Origin: Squalus acanthias
Taxonomy: Eukaryota
DNA: 64,000 bases
Direction of reading: 5' to 3'
Assembly: GCA_030390025.1 (NCBI GenBank)
Contig: JASTWF010000354.1
Span: 372,001-436,000, forward strand
A program made the position numbers and the translations under genes. Under the pieces are notes generated by a model. That model made no database searches and had not been told where the DNA came from. It saw only the letters and a program-made list of their open reading frames with translations. This document shows, piece by piece, positions 26,088-37,226 of this stretch (position 1 is its first letter; each line of letters opens with the position of its first letter).

Positions 26088-26362
26088 TACAATGCGAGCA
26101 TTCATGCTCTAGAATGCACACACCCCTCCTATACAATTCACACCTCTCTATACAATGCCTGCAATCCTCAGATACAATGCACAGAAGCCTCTTCTCCAAT
26201 GGACCATTGCTGCTGTAGAATGCACACGGAATCTTCCTCTCCAATTCTCCAGCCCTCCTGTACAATACACACAGGACCTGTCTGATCCCCGGGACAAGCC
26301 GCCAATCGCTGCTGGAAACAGCAAGGTGATCCCGGGAGATCCCGGGACAGAGTCTGACTCAC

Positions 26363-26481
26363 TCTGGGGGAGATCAGCGAGCTCCGGACGGGGCGAGATC
26401 CCGGAGCCAGCTCCGCATTGCTCAGCAACAAGTCCAGGAGCCTCTTCAATGGCATCGGAGGAGTTTAGCCCAGAATCCGCA
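26363..26481 (-). other. Candidate host exon (119 bp)
   Basis: Minus strand: long polypyrimidine tract, CCCCTAAG acceptor, CpG-rich non-TE body, then CCCAGA|GTGAGT donor. Product not recognised. Confidence 0.3.
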
Positions 26482-26485
26482 CTTA

Positions 26486-27350
26486 GGGGAGGGAGAGAGA
26501 GAGAGTGAGAGAGAGAGAGAGAAAGAGAGACAGAGAGAGAGAGAGAGGGAGAGAGAGAGGAGAGAGAGAGGGAGGAGAGAGAGAGAGAGAGGGAGGGAGG
26601 GAAAGAGAGAGAGGGAGGGAGGGAAAGAGAGAGAGGGAGGGAGGGAAAGAGAGAGAGGGAGGGAGGGAAAGAGAGAGAGGGAGGGAGGGAAAGAGAGAGA
26701 GAGGGAGGGAGGGAAAGAGAGAGAGAGGGAGGGAGGGAAAGAGAGAGAGAGGGAGGGAGGGAAAGAGAGAGAGAGAGGGAGGGAGGGAAAGAGAGAGAGA
26801 GAGGGAGGGAGGGAAAGAGAGAGAGAGAGGGAGGGAGGGAAAGAGAGAGAGAGAGGGGAGGGAGGGAGGGAGGGAGGGAAAGGGAGAGTGAGGGAGAGAG
26901 AGGGAAGAGCGAAGTAGAGATGGAGGGAGAGAGGGAGTGAAAGAGAGCGGGGGAAAGAGAGAGGGAGGAAGAGGGGAGAGGGAGAGAGAAAGAGGGAGAG
27001 AGAGAGAGAATGAGGGAGACAGAGATGGGGGAGTGGAAGATAGAGGGAGAGAGAGAGGGAAAGAGAGAGAGAAAGAGAGGGAGAGAGAGAGGGAAAGAGA
27101 GAGGGAAAGAGAGAGAGAAAGAGAGGGAGAGAGAGAGGGAAAGAGAGAGAGCTAGGGAGAGGGAGAGGGAGGGAAGAGCGAAGGAGAGATAGAGAGGGAG
27201 GAAGAGGGGAAAGAGAGAGAGGGAAGAGAGAAAACGAGAAAGGAGAAATAGACAGAAGTGAGGAAAGGGAATGAGAAACAGAAAAAGAGAAATTGATTGG
27301 AAGAGAGAGAGAAAGGGAAAGAGGAATAGAGAGAGAGAGATTGGGACAGA
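26486..27350. repeat. Polypurine (GA/GGGA) low-complexity tract
   Basis: About 860 bp of almost pure G and A. Confidence 0.97.
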
Positions 27351-27839
27351 GAGCGAGCAATAGGCGGGGAGGCGGCCCGGAGCCGGAGACTCTCAGAGAG
27401 AAAAATGAAATCTGGATCCAGGAGCTCAGACTGGGAACCTCGCCCCAGCTCAGCATTCCGCGCGGTCCTAAAGCCCGCCGAGTTAAACTCTCCAATTCCT
27501 TCAACACTCGTCTGCCCCAATCAACATGAATCGGATATTCAGCACGGTTTTGGGTTGTGAAAAGTGTTCTGCGGTTATTTATATATAAAACCCACATGAA
27601 ATGCGGTAATTACAGTGTTAATAATATGGGTGAGGGGAGGTGAGAGTCCAGGGCGGGGGTCAGATGTCTGCACTGCTTCAGGGATCTGTCCTGTTGCTGT
27701 TCACAATCTTCCCGGGACAGCTGACTAATGTCCCATCTGTACAGGGCTCTGGGGAAAGAGCAGTGAGTGGGACTGATTGGACAGAGGGAGAGAAAACAGA
27801 CAGAGACACAGGGATAGAAAAACAGAGACCCATTTTCAA

Positions 27840-28220
27840 GTCTTTCTCCATATTTGTTTTCCCTCAAACCAGGCAGCATCCGAGTGAATCTGTGCTGTTG
27901 CCTCTCTGAAGCCTCAATATCCTCCCTATAGTGTGGAGCCCAATACTGCACACAGTGCTCGAACTGAGAGATTATTGAGGTTTTACATAAACTCAGCATC
28001 ACCTCTTGGCTTTTATATTCTATAACTCGAGATAAAACCTCGCGTTCCATTAACTTTTGTCAGAGACTTATCACCCTGAGATGCTGCCTTTAATGACCTG
28101 TGACCCTGTCCCCAAATCCCTCTGCTCCCCCCCAGCCCCGAGCCCACTCCCATTCACAGTATAATCACTGCTGTTGTTAATTTAACCAAAATATATCACC
28201 TCACACTGACTGACATTGAA
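27840..28220 (-). mobile_element. Degraded CR1 ORF2 fragment
   Basis: Minus-strand CEVIYFG and IEYKSQEVMLSL...EHCVQYWAPHYREDI. Confidence 0.75.
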
Positions 28221-28470
28221 ATCCCTCTGTCCCTGTCCAGCCCATTTCCCATCCCATAATATCCCTCTGTCCCTGTCCAGCCCATTCCCCATCCCATAAT
28301 ATCCCTCTGCCCCTGTCCAGCCCATTCCCCATCCCATAATATCCCTCTGTCCCTGTCCAGCCCATTGCCCATCCCATAATATCCCTCTGTCCCTGTCCAG
28401 CCCATTCCCCATCCCATAATATCCCTCTGCCCCTGTCCAGCCCATTCCCCATCCCATAATATCCCTCTGC
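28221..28470. repeat. 40-bp minisatellite (~6 units), probably CR1-derived
   Basis: Unit ATCCCTCTGTCCCTGTCCAGCCCATTCCCCATCCCATAAT abuts the CR1 FNVSQCEVIYFG codons. Confidence 0.9.
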
Positions 28471-28956
28471 CGGGTCCTTGAACCTTCTGAATCTCTCCCC
28501 ACGCCTCCTAATCTGGGACATCCGCTGATTTCGCGGTCCGGAGCCTCAGTAACCAACACGCCCAGAGCCCCGATCGCAGAGACTCGCGGAATAAACTTCT
28601 GTCCTTCAGGCATCTCAATTGTTGCATCAGCAAATCCTCAGCCCGTTAATCCGGATCAGCGCGTCGCCACACACCCAGATCGAGCTGCTTCGGATCGCTG
28701 GCTGGACCATCGACTCCATCAAACCCTCGGCCGTGCGGTGAGAAACGGTGAAAGGAATTCTCTCCCAAACTCTGCTCCACACTGTTCTCCCAAGAAACAA
28801 TCTACAACAATTAACGTGTCCGTTTGATAAACCCCAGAACAACACAAGCAATCACTGGGGATTTATCGGTATTTAGAAAGAGTTCTGTAAACTGACCCTG
28901 AGATTAGATTTAAAAGATATCTGAGGACAAAGAAATCGATCCAAATATAAACAGAG

Positions 28957-30460
28957 CTTCTTGAACAACTTCTCCTTTGACTCTACCCATTTCCTCCAAA
29001 TTAAAGGTGTTGCTATGGGTACCCGCATGGGTCCTAGCTATGCCTGCCTTTTCGTGGGATATGTGGAACACTCTTTGTTCCAGTCCTACTCGGGTCCCCT
29101 CCCTCACCTCTTTTTCCGGTACATTGATGACTGTATCGGTGCCGTCTCCTGCTCTCGCCCTGAACTAGAACATTTCATTCACTATGCTTCCAATTTCCAC
29201 CCTTCCCTCACCTTCACATGGTCCATCTCCGACTCTTCTCTTCCCTTCCTCGACTTCTCCATCTCCATCTCTGGGGATAGGTTATTGACTAACATTCACT
29301 ACAAGCCCACCGACTCCCACAGCTACCTGGACTACACTTCCTCCCACCCCGCCTCCTGTAAGGACTCTATTCCATTCTCCCAGTTTCTCCGTCTCCGCCG
29401 CATCTGCTCTGATGATGCCACCTTCCATACCAGTGCTTCCGACATGTCTTCCTTTTTCCTCAACCGAGGATTCCCCTCTACCGTGGTCGACACGGCCCTC
29501 GACCGTGTCCGTTCTATCTCCCGCACATCTGCCCTCACCCCTGCCCCTCCCTCCCGGAACCACGATAGGGTTCCCCTTGTCCTCACCTTTCACCCCACCA
29601 GCCTCCACATTCAACGGATCATCCTCCGCCATTTCCGCCACCTCCAGCGTGATCCCACCACCAAACACATCTTCCCCTCACCTCCCCTTTCAGCATTCCG
29701 CAGGGACCGCTCCCTCCGCGACACCCTAGTCCACTCCTCTACCACCCCCAGCACCCCTTCCCCTTCGCCCGGCAACTTCCCGTGCACGCGCAGGAGATGC
29801 AACACATGCCCTTATACCTCCCCTCTTCCCACTGTCCAGGGCCCCAAACACCCCTTCCAGGTGAAACAGCGATTACTTGTACTTCCTGCAATTTAGTATA
29901 CTGTATTCGCTGCTCACGATGTGGACTCCTCTACATTGGGGAGACCAAACGCAGATTGGGTGACCGCTTTGCGGAACACCTCCGTTCAGTCCGTAAGGGG
30001 GACCCCGAGCTCCCGGTGGCCTGTCACTTTAATTCACCGCTTCACTCCCACTCTGACCTCACCGTCCTCGGCCTAATACACTGTTCCACGGAAGCTCAGC
30101 GTAAGCTCGAGGAACAGCACCTCATCTTTCGTTTAGGCACGCTACAGCCCTCTGGACTCAATATCGAGTTCAACAATTTTAGATCATAACCTCAGCTCCA
30201 ATCACATTTATATTTTATTTTATCCACCCTTTTATTTGTCCCCCCCACCTTTTTTTTCCTCCTAGAAGCTGGCAGCTGTCCTTCATTCTGCCAGTAGATT
30301 TCACACTTCATTCAGCCTTAATCTGTCACATTAACACCACCTCTAGCCTTGCATATCTCTTAATGTCTCTTAATGTCTCTTCATCTCCTCCTTTGTTCCT
30401 TTATCCCCTCCCCCTTTTCCCAGCTTTACCCTGGCCTTAAATCTATTTGATTTCCAGCTC
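28957..30460 (+). mobile_element. Penelope-like element, 5'-truncated (RT plus GIY-YIG endonuclease; frameshift near 29870, stop at 30189)
   Basis: QIKGVAMGTRMGPSYACLF, RYIDD, FLD, YKPTD; then LVYCIRCSRCGLLYIGET...RFAEH...HFN...GLN. Confidence 0.93.
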
Positions 30461-30504
30461 AAATTCCACACTCTGCTCTCACTGAAATAAAACCAGGATC
30501 TCTG

Positions 30505-30910
30505 CAACGCCTCGAATTTAAAATTCTCATCCTTGTGTTCAAATCCCTCCAGGGCCTCGCCCCTCCCTATCTCTGTAACCTCCTCCAGCCCCACAACCCT
30601 CCGAGATCTCTGCGCTCCTCCAATTCTGGCCTCTTGTCCATCCCCCTCTCCCTTCGCTCCACCATTGGCGGCCGTGCCTTCAGCTGCCTGGGCCCCGAGC
30701 TCTGGAATTCCCCCCCTAAACCTCTCCGCCTCTCTCTCCTCCTTTAAGACTCTCCTTAAAACCTCCCTCTTTGACCCAGCCTTTGGTCACCTGTCCTAAT
30801 ATCTCCTTATGTGTCTCGGTGTCAGTTTGTCTGATTTCCGCTCCTGTGAAGCGCCTTGGGAGGTTTCACTGGTTCCAGGCGCTATATAAATGCAGGTTGT
30901 TGTTGTTGCT
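30505..30910 (+). mobile_element. L2 LINE 3' fragment
   Basis: Near-identical to 25700-26087, including the 3'UTR and GTT tail. Confidence 0.9.
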
Positions 30911-31009
30911 GTGGGTTGTACCCTGTCCACACACTGTAATAAATTGATGATCTTGGGCTGCAATAGTCCAGATCCACCTGCCCGGAGCCCCGATTTCTCT
31001 CTCACTCAC

Positions 31010-31510
31010 CGGCTGTTTCTGAAGGTTATTTCCTGCACGGATTATTTCAGGGACTGATTGCACCGACCCAGCTCCACTTTAAAGCTTCCAGTTTGAGTCG
31101 GGTTGGTTTCTGAGAGTCGTGTGTTCACTGGAGACGGGCGAAGGTTCCCTTCTCTCGATAGCTCGACACGCACAGCCCCCGGATCCACAGCAGCATCCGC
31201 ACTGAATGAACCAACAGGGGAAGCTCATCACTCGGCAGATTGGAGCCGTGCAGCCCTTTAATTCAGTCTCAATGCTGGCTTGTGAAAGCTTTGCACACAC
31301 TGCCTGTGGGCAGGTGGCTGGGAGACAGACAGTGATCTCTAACTGGAGCCTGGAATCAATGAGCAGCCCCTCACTCACCGCCACTGCTCTCAGTCTCCCT
31401 GCAAATCACCTTCCTCAGGCTGGATCCCGTCAGTGTTCCCGGGGAATGAGTGAGGGGCAGAGTCCTGTGTGTGGACACAAGGGCGGCAGCATGGGACCGA
31501 GATCCACACA
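31010..31510 (-). other. Candidate 5' non-coding exon(s) of a host gene
   Basis: Non-TE, CpG-containing; two minus-strand CG|GTGAGT donors (GT at 31378 and 31009); next to a long CA tract. Confidence 0.25.
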
Positions 31511-31516
31511 CACGGG

Positions 31517-32355
31517 AGTGAGTGAGTGAATGTGTGTGAGTGTGAGAGTGTGCGTGTGTGTGTGTGTGAGAGTGAGTGTCACTGTGTGCGTGTGTGTCAG
31601 TGTGTGTGAGAGTGTGAGAGTGTGTGTGTGTGACTGAGTGTGTGAGTGTGTAAGAGTGAGTGAGTGTGTGTGTGAGTGTGTGTGAGTGAGAGTGTGTGTG
31701 TGAGTGTGAGTGTGTGTGTGGGTGTTATTGAGTGTGAGAGTGTGGGTGTGAGTGTGAGAGTGTGTGTGTGTGAGAGTGTGTGTGTGAGTGAGTGTGAGTG
31801 TGTGAGTGTGTGTATGAGAGTGTGAGAGTGTGTGTGCGAGAATGTGTGTGAGTGTGTGTGTGCGTGTGAGTGTGTGTATGAGAGTGTGAGAGTGTGAGTG
31901 TGAGAGTAAGTGAGTGTGTGTGCGAGAATGTGTGTGTGCGTGTGAGTGTGTGTATGAGAGTGTGAGAGTGTGTGTGCGAGAATGTGTGTGAGTGTGTGTG
32001 TGCGTGTGAGTGTGTGTATGAGAGTGTGAGAGTGTGTGTGTGAGAGTGAGTGTGAGTGAGTGAGTGTGTGTGTGTGTGTGAGAGTGTGAGTGTGAGTGTG
32101 TGAGTGAGAGTGTGTGTGTGAGTGTGTGAGTGAGAGTGTGTGTGTGAGTGTGTGTGTGAGAGAGTGAGTGTGTGAGTGTGTGTGAGTGTGTGTGTGAGTG
32201 TGTGTGTGAGTGAGTGTGTGTGTGAGTGTGTGTGTCAGTGTGAGTGTGTGAGTGTGTGTGTCAGTGTGTGTGTGTGTGTGTGAGTGAGTGTGAGTGTGTG
32301 TGAGTGTGTGTGTGTGTGAGTGTGTGTGTGTGTGTGAGTGTGAGTGAGCGTGTGC
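31517..32355. repeat. (GT)n/(GA)n compound low-complexity tract
   Basis: About 840 bp of GT/GA dinucleotides. Confidence 0.97.
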
Positions 32356-32424
32356 ATTCTGAAGCTACAGAGACTTTAAACCAATTGTGAAACGGATGTA
32401 ACACTTGAAGGCCAACAACACTGA

Positions 32425-33610
32425 GCTGGGATACTGGGCTGTGACCCACAGGGGAATGGGGGACTGTGCTGGGATACTGGACTGTGACCCACAGGAGAAT
32501 GGGGGACTGTGCTGGGATACTGGGCTGTGCCCCACAGGGGAATGGGGGACTGTGCTGGGATACTGGACTGTGACCCACAGGGGAATGGGAGACTGTGCTG
32601 GGATACTGGGCTGTGACCCACAGGGGAATGGGGACTGTGCTGGGATACTGGGCTGTGACCCACAGGGGAATGGGGGACTGTGCTGGGATACTGGACTGTG
32701 ACCCACAGGGGAATGGGGGACTGTGCTGGGATACTGGGCTGTGACCCACAGGGGAATGGGGCACTGTGCTGGGATACTGGACTGTGACCCACAGGAGAAT
32801 GGGGGACTGTGCTGGGATACTGGGCTGTGACCCACAGGGGAATGGGGGACTGTGCTGGGATACTGGACTGTGACCCACAGGAGAATGGGGGACTGTGCTG
32901 GGATACTGGGCTGTGACCCACAGGGGAATGGGGGACTGTGCTGGGATACTGGGCTGTGACCCACAGGGGAATGGGGGACTGTGCTGGGATACTGGGCTGT
33001 GACCCACAGGGGAATGGGGGACTGTGCTGGGATACTGGGCTGTGACCCACAGGGGAATGGGGGACTGTGCTGGGATACTGGACTGTGACCCACAGGAGAA
33101 TGGGGGACTGTGCTGGGATACTGGGCTGTGACCCACAGGGGAATGGGGGACTGTGCTGGGATACTGGGCTGTGACCCACAGGGGAATGGGGGACTGTGCT
33201 GGGATACTGGGATGTGAACCACAGGAGAATGGGGGACTGTGCTGGGATACTGGGCTGTGACCCACAGGGGAATGGGGGACTGTGCTGGGATACTGGGCTG
33301 TGACCCACAGGGGAATGGGGGACTGTGCTGGGATACTGGACTGTGACCCACAGGGGAATGGGGACTGTGCTGGGATACTGGGCTGTGACCCACAGGGGAA
33401 TGGGGGACTGTGCTGGGATACTGGACTGTGACCCACAGGGGAATGGGGGACTGTGCTGGGATACTGGGATGTGAACCACAGGAGAATGGGGGACTGTGCT
33501 GGGATACTGGACTGTGACCCACAGGGGAATGGGGGACTGTGCTGGGATACTGGGCTGTGACCCACAGGAGAATGGGGGACTTTGCTGGGATACTGGGCTG
33601 TGACCCACAG
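32425..33610. repeat. 43-bp minisatellite (~27 units)
   Basis: Unit GCTGGGATACTGGGCTGTGACCCACAGGGGAATGGGGGACTGT. Confidence 0.97.
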
Positions 33611-33985
33611 TAAAGCTCCCTCCAAGCTGTCCCATCAAACACTCCCAGGGCAGGTACAGCACGGGTTAGATACAGAGTAAAGCTCCCTCTACACTGTCCC
33701 ATCAAACACTCCCAGGGCAGGTACAGCACGGGTTAGATACAGAGTAAAGCTCCCTCTACACTGTCCCATCAAACACTCCCAGGGCACGTACAGCACGGGT
33801 TAGATACAGAGTAAAGCTCCCTCTACACTGTCCCATCAAACACTCCCAGGGCAGGTACAGCACGGGTTAGATACAGAGTAAAGCTCGCTCTACACTGTCC
33901 CATCAAACACTCCCAGGGCAGGTACAGCACGGGTTAGATACAGAGTAAAGCTCCCTCTACACTGTCCCATCAAACACTCCCAGGA
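33609..33985. repeat. 67-bp tandem repeat (~5.6 units)
   Basis: Unit AGTAAAGCTCCCTCTACACTGTCCCATCAAACACTCCCAGGGCAGGTACAGCACGGGTTAGATACAG; starts at 33609 and 33676. Confidence 0.95.
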
Positions 33986-34334
33986 CATGGTCAGCCCTGG
34001 GGCTGGATTCACACCGTGTGATATTATTCACAATCCCCCAACTCCCAGCTCTGCTCATTCCCCAGGATTTACAGCGCTACAATCTGTAAACAGGAGCAGA
34101 TAAATGAGCAAAGCTCGATGTAATTAGATCCTCGACAGCCCGATCTATCAAAATAGAAACTGGGAGAATTGAGAAACACGACGGGAAACATCAGCTGAGG
34201 CCGAGACTCTGGGGCAGAGCGGAATCTGAAATCTGCCCTCATTTATTGTCTGTCTCCAGGGAACAAACGCAGTCGTTTCACTCTGAGCGAGAACCAGGTG
34301 TGAACCCACCCCAGCTCTGGGCCGCAGACAGTAA

Positions 34335-35163
34335 GGAAAGAAAGGACTTGCATTTCTGTAGCGCCTTCCCCCACCCTGAGAAATTTAGTGATCTTAGTTG
34401 AGGGTTACATATTGGCTCAGACAGCGGGGAAACTGCCCCGCTCTTCATCAAAATAGTGCCATGGGATCTTTTACATCCTCTGACAGTGCAGCACTCCCTC
34501 AGTACTGCCCCTCTGACAGTGCAGCACTCCCTCAGTAATGCCACTCTGACAGTGCAGCGCTCCCCCAGTAATGCCACTCTGACAGTGCAGCACTCCCTCA
34601 GTACTGCCCCTCCGACAGTGCAGCATTCCCCCAGTACTGCCCCTCCGACAGTGCAGCACTCCCCCAGTACTGCCCCTCCGACAGTGCAGCACTCCCCCAG
34701 TACTGCCCCTCCGACAGTGCAGCACTCCCCCAGTACTGCCCCTCCGACAGTGCAGCACTCCCCCAGTACTGCCCCTCCGACAGTGCAGCACTCCCCCAGT
34801 ACTGCCCCTCCGACAGTGCAGCACTCCCCCAGTACTGCCCCTCCGACAGTGCAGCACTCCCCCAGTACTGCCCCTCCGACAGTGCAGCACTCCCTCAGTA
34901 CTGCCCCTCTGACAGTGCAGCACTCCCTCAATACTGCCTCTCCGACAGTGCAGCACTCCCTCAGTACTGCCCCTCCGACAGTGCAGCACTCCCCCAGTGC
35001 TGCCCCTCCGACAGTGCAGCACTCCCCCAGTACTGCCCCTCCGACAGTGCAGCACTCCCTCAGTACTGCCCCTCCGACAGTGCAGCACTCCCTCAGTACT
35101 GCCCCTCCGACAGTGCAGCGCTCCCCCAGTGCTGCCCCTCCGACAGTGCAGCTCTCCCTCAGT
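34335..35163 (-). mobile_element. Deu-SINE remnant (34335-34477) running into a 33-bp array (34478-35163, ~21 units)
   Basis: SINE tail GACTTGCATTTCTGTAGCGCCTT and body GTGCCATGGGATCTTTTACATCC, then the same 33-bp unit. Confidence 0.88.
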
Positions 35164-35889
35164 AAATAAAAGATTCTCTTTCCCGCGAGTGACTGAATCC
35201 GACCATTAGAAGGAAATCCGAGATCTTACTCGCTCGCAGAGAATGAGTCTGGCCGTGTAATTCCATATTTCTCAAAGTTGTCGACATTTCAGTGAATGAA
35301 ATCTCAGTGCGGCCGCCTTTATCTGTGGGCCTCGTCTCCAGCTTGCTCCAACCAGCTTCTATTGAGGACCAATTGTTGTTTAGCACAGGCCCAAAGCCTG
35401 GGATTGAGGCCCATCGATTTAACTCAAAGATTCTGGACAGAAAACGGAGCCGGAAATGATGGGCCTCCCCCAGCCTTTGGGCCTGGGCTACGGGTAAACT
35501 GAGATCAGGGACACCAGCCTCCTATTGGCCCAGTCACTGTGGCTCTGAGTCCCCTTACTGAGCGAGTCGGGGAGCACAGTTTCAAACACTGTTATTATCC
35601 ATTAAAATGAAGCGTGTAATAAAGTAATAACGCTGACAGGATAATGTTACCGCGCTGAGCACTGATTATGGGCTGTTGAGCGTGTCTGGAGTTTGTAATG
35701 AACACACTTCGTGCAATCTCTCTTTCACCAGCTGACGATTATTCCATATTCCCCAGTGAATATATTTCCATGTTCAGTCGCTGTTTGTGTGAACTGATCA
35801 CATTCTCCAGTCTGCTTTGTGAATAAATCCACTTCCAATCGTCACTCCGCCGCTGATCGGAGGCACCTTAGGGAATGAGTCGTGTGTTG

Positions 35890-36165
35890 GAATCATTCAA
35901 ATACACGGAGAATGTCCAGCCTAGAAACAGGCCATTCGGCCCAACTGGTCCACACGAGCCTCCTCCCACCCCTCTTCATCTCACCCAATCAGCATATCCT
36001 TCTATTCCTTTCTCCCTCATGTGTTTATCCAACTTCCCCTTAATACATCTATACTATTCGCCTCAACCACTCCCTGTGGTAGCGAGTTCCACATTCTCAC
36101 CACGCTCTGGGTGAAGAAGTTTCTCCTGAATTCCCTACTGGATTTATTAATGACTATCTTATATT
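35890..36165 (-). mobile_element. CR1 3' fragment
   Basis: Reverse of AACTTCTTCACCCAGAGCGTGGTGAGAATGTGGAACTCGCTACC and the 3'UTR. Confidence 0.8.
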
Positions 36166-36188
36166 GATGGCCTCCTCCTGCTCCGCCC

Positions 36189-36871
36189 AATGGTGGAACA
36201 GGCTCGAGGGGCTGAATGGCCTCCTCCTGTTCCTTGGAATGGTGGAACAGGCTCGAGGGGCTGAATGGCCTCCTCCTGTTCCTACGAATAGTGGAACAGG
36301 TTCGAGGGGCTGAATGGCCTCCTCCTGTTCCGACGAATGGTGGAACAGGCTCGAGGGGCTGAATGGCCTCCTCCTGTTCCTACGAATGGTGGAACAGGCT
36401 CGAGGGGCTGAATGGCCTCCTCCTGTTCCTTGGAATGGTGGAACAGGCTCGAGGGGCTGAATGGCCTCCTCCTGTTCCTACGAATGGTGGAACAGGCTCG
36501 AGGGGCTGAATGGCCTCCTCCTGTTCCTACGAATGGTGGAACAGGCTCGAGGGGCTGAATGGCCTCCTCCTGTTCCTACGAATGGTGGAACAGGCTCGAG
36601 GGGCTGAATGGCCTCCTCCTGTTCCTACGAATGGTGGAACAGGCTCGAGGGGCTGAATGGCCTCCTCCTGTTCCTACAAACTGTGGAACAGGCTCGAGGG
36701 GCTGAATGGCCTCCTCCTGTTCCTACGAATGGTGGAACAGGTTCGAGGGGCTGAATGGCCTCCTCCTGTTCCTACGAATGGTGGAACAGGCTCGAGGGGC
36801 TGAATGGCCTCCTCCTGTTCCCACGAATGGTGGAACAGGCTCGAGGGGCTGAATGGCCTCCTCCTGTTCCT
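36189..36871 (+). repeat. 49-bp tandem array of the CR1 3'-terminal stem-loop (~14 units)
   Basis: Unit GAATGGTGGAACAGGCTCGAGGGGCTGAATGGCCTCCTCCTGTTCCTAC matches the CR1 3'UTR at 6113-6160. Confidence 0.95.
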
Positions 36872-37226
36872 GTGTGGGAAGGAGCTGGAAGCTGGAGGTT
36901 TGATGTTGCTGAAAGTGTCAGTGTGAGTCTGTCGCTGGGTCCCAATAAAGCAGCAATTAACGGGACTGAGTGGATTGTTGATGAAACTTGTCGTAAGCAG
37001 CTTCGGTCTGAGACAGACTCACGGGCTCCCACAAATACTCAGATGGATGTTGCTCGAGTTCTACATCCCTTTGAGTGTGTCGGTGCCCTGTGTGATTATA
37101 TAATGGTTCTCAGGGTCTGAATGGACCTGCAAAAGGCAATGTTTGTTCTGACAATGTCTGATCTACGGGCCATTAATGAACATTTCTTAGCAATCTGTGT
37201 GTTGTGAGATTGCACTGCTCTAGTTC

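Noticed and set aside
26446..27597. 383-aa Ser/Leu/Pro ORF and Arg/Glu ORFs
   Set aside because: Translations of the GA/CT tract.
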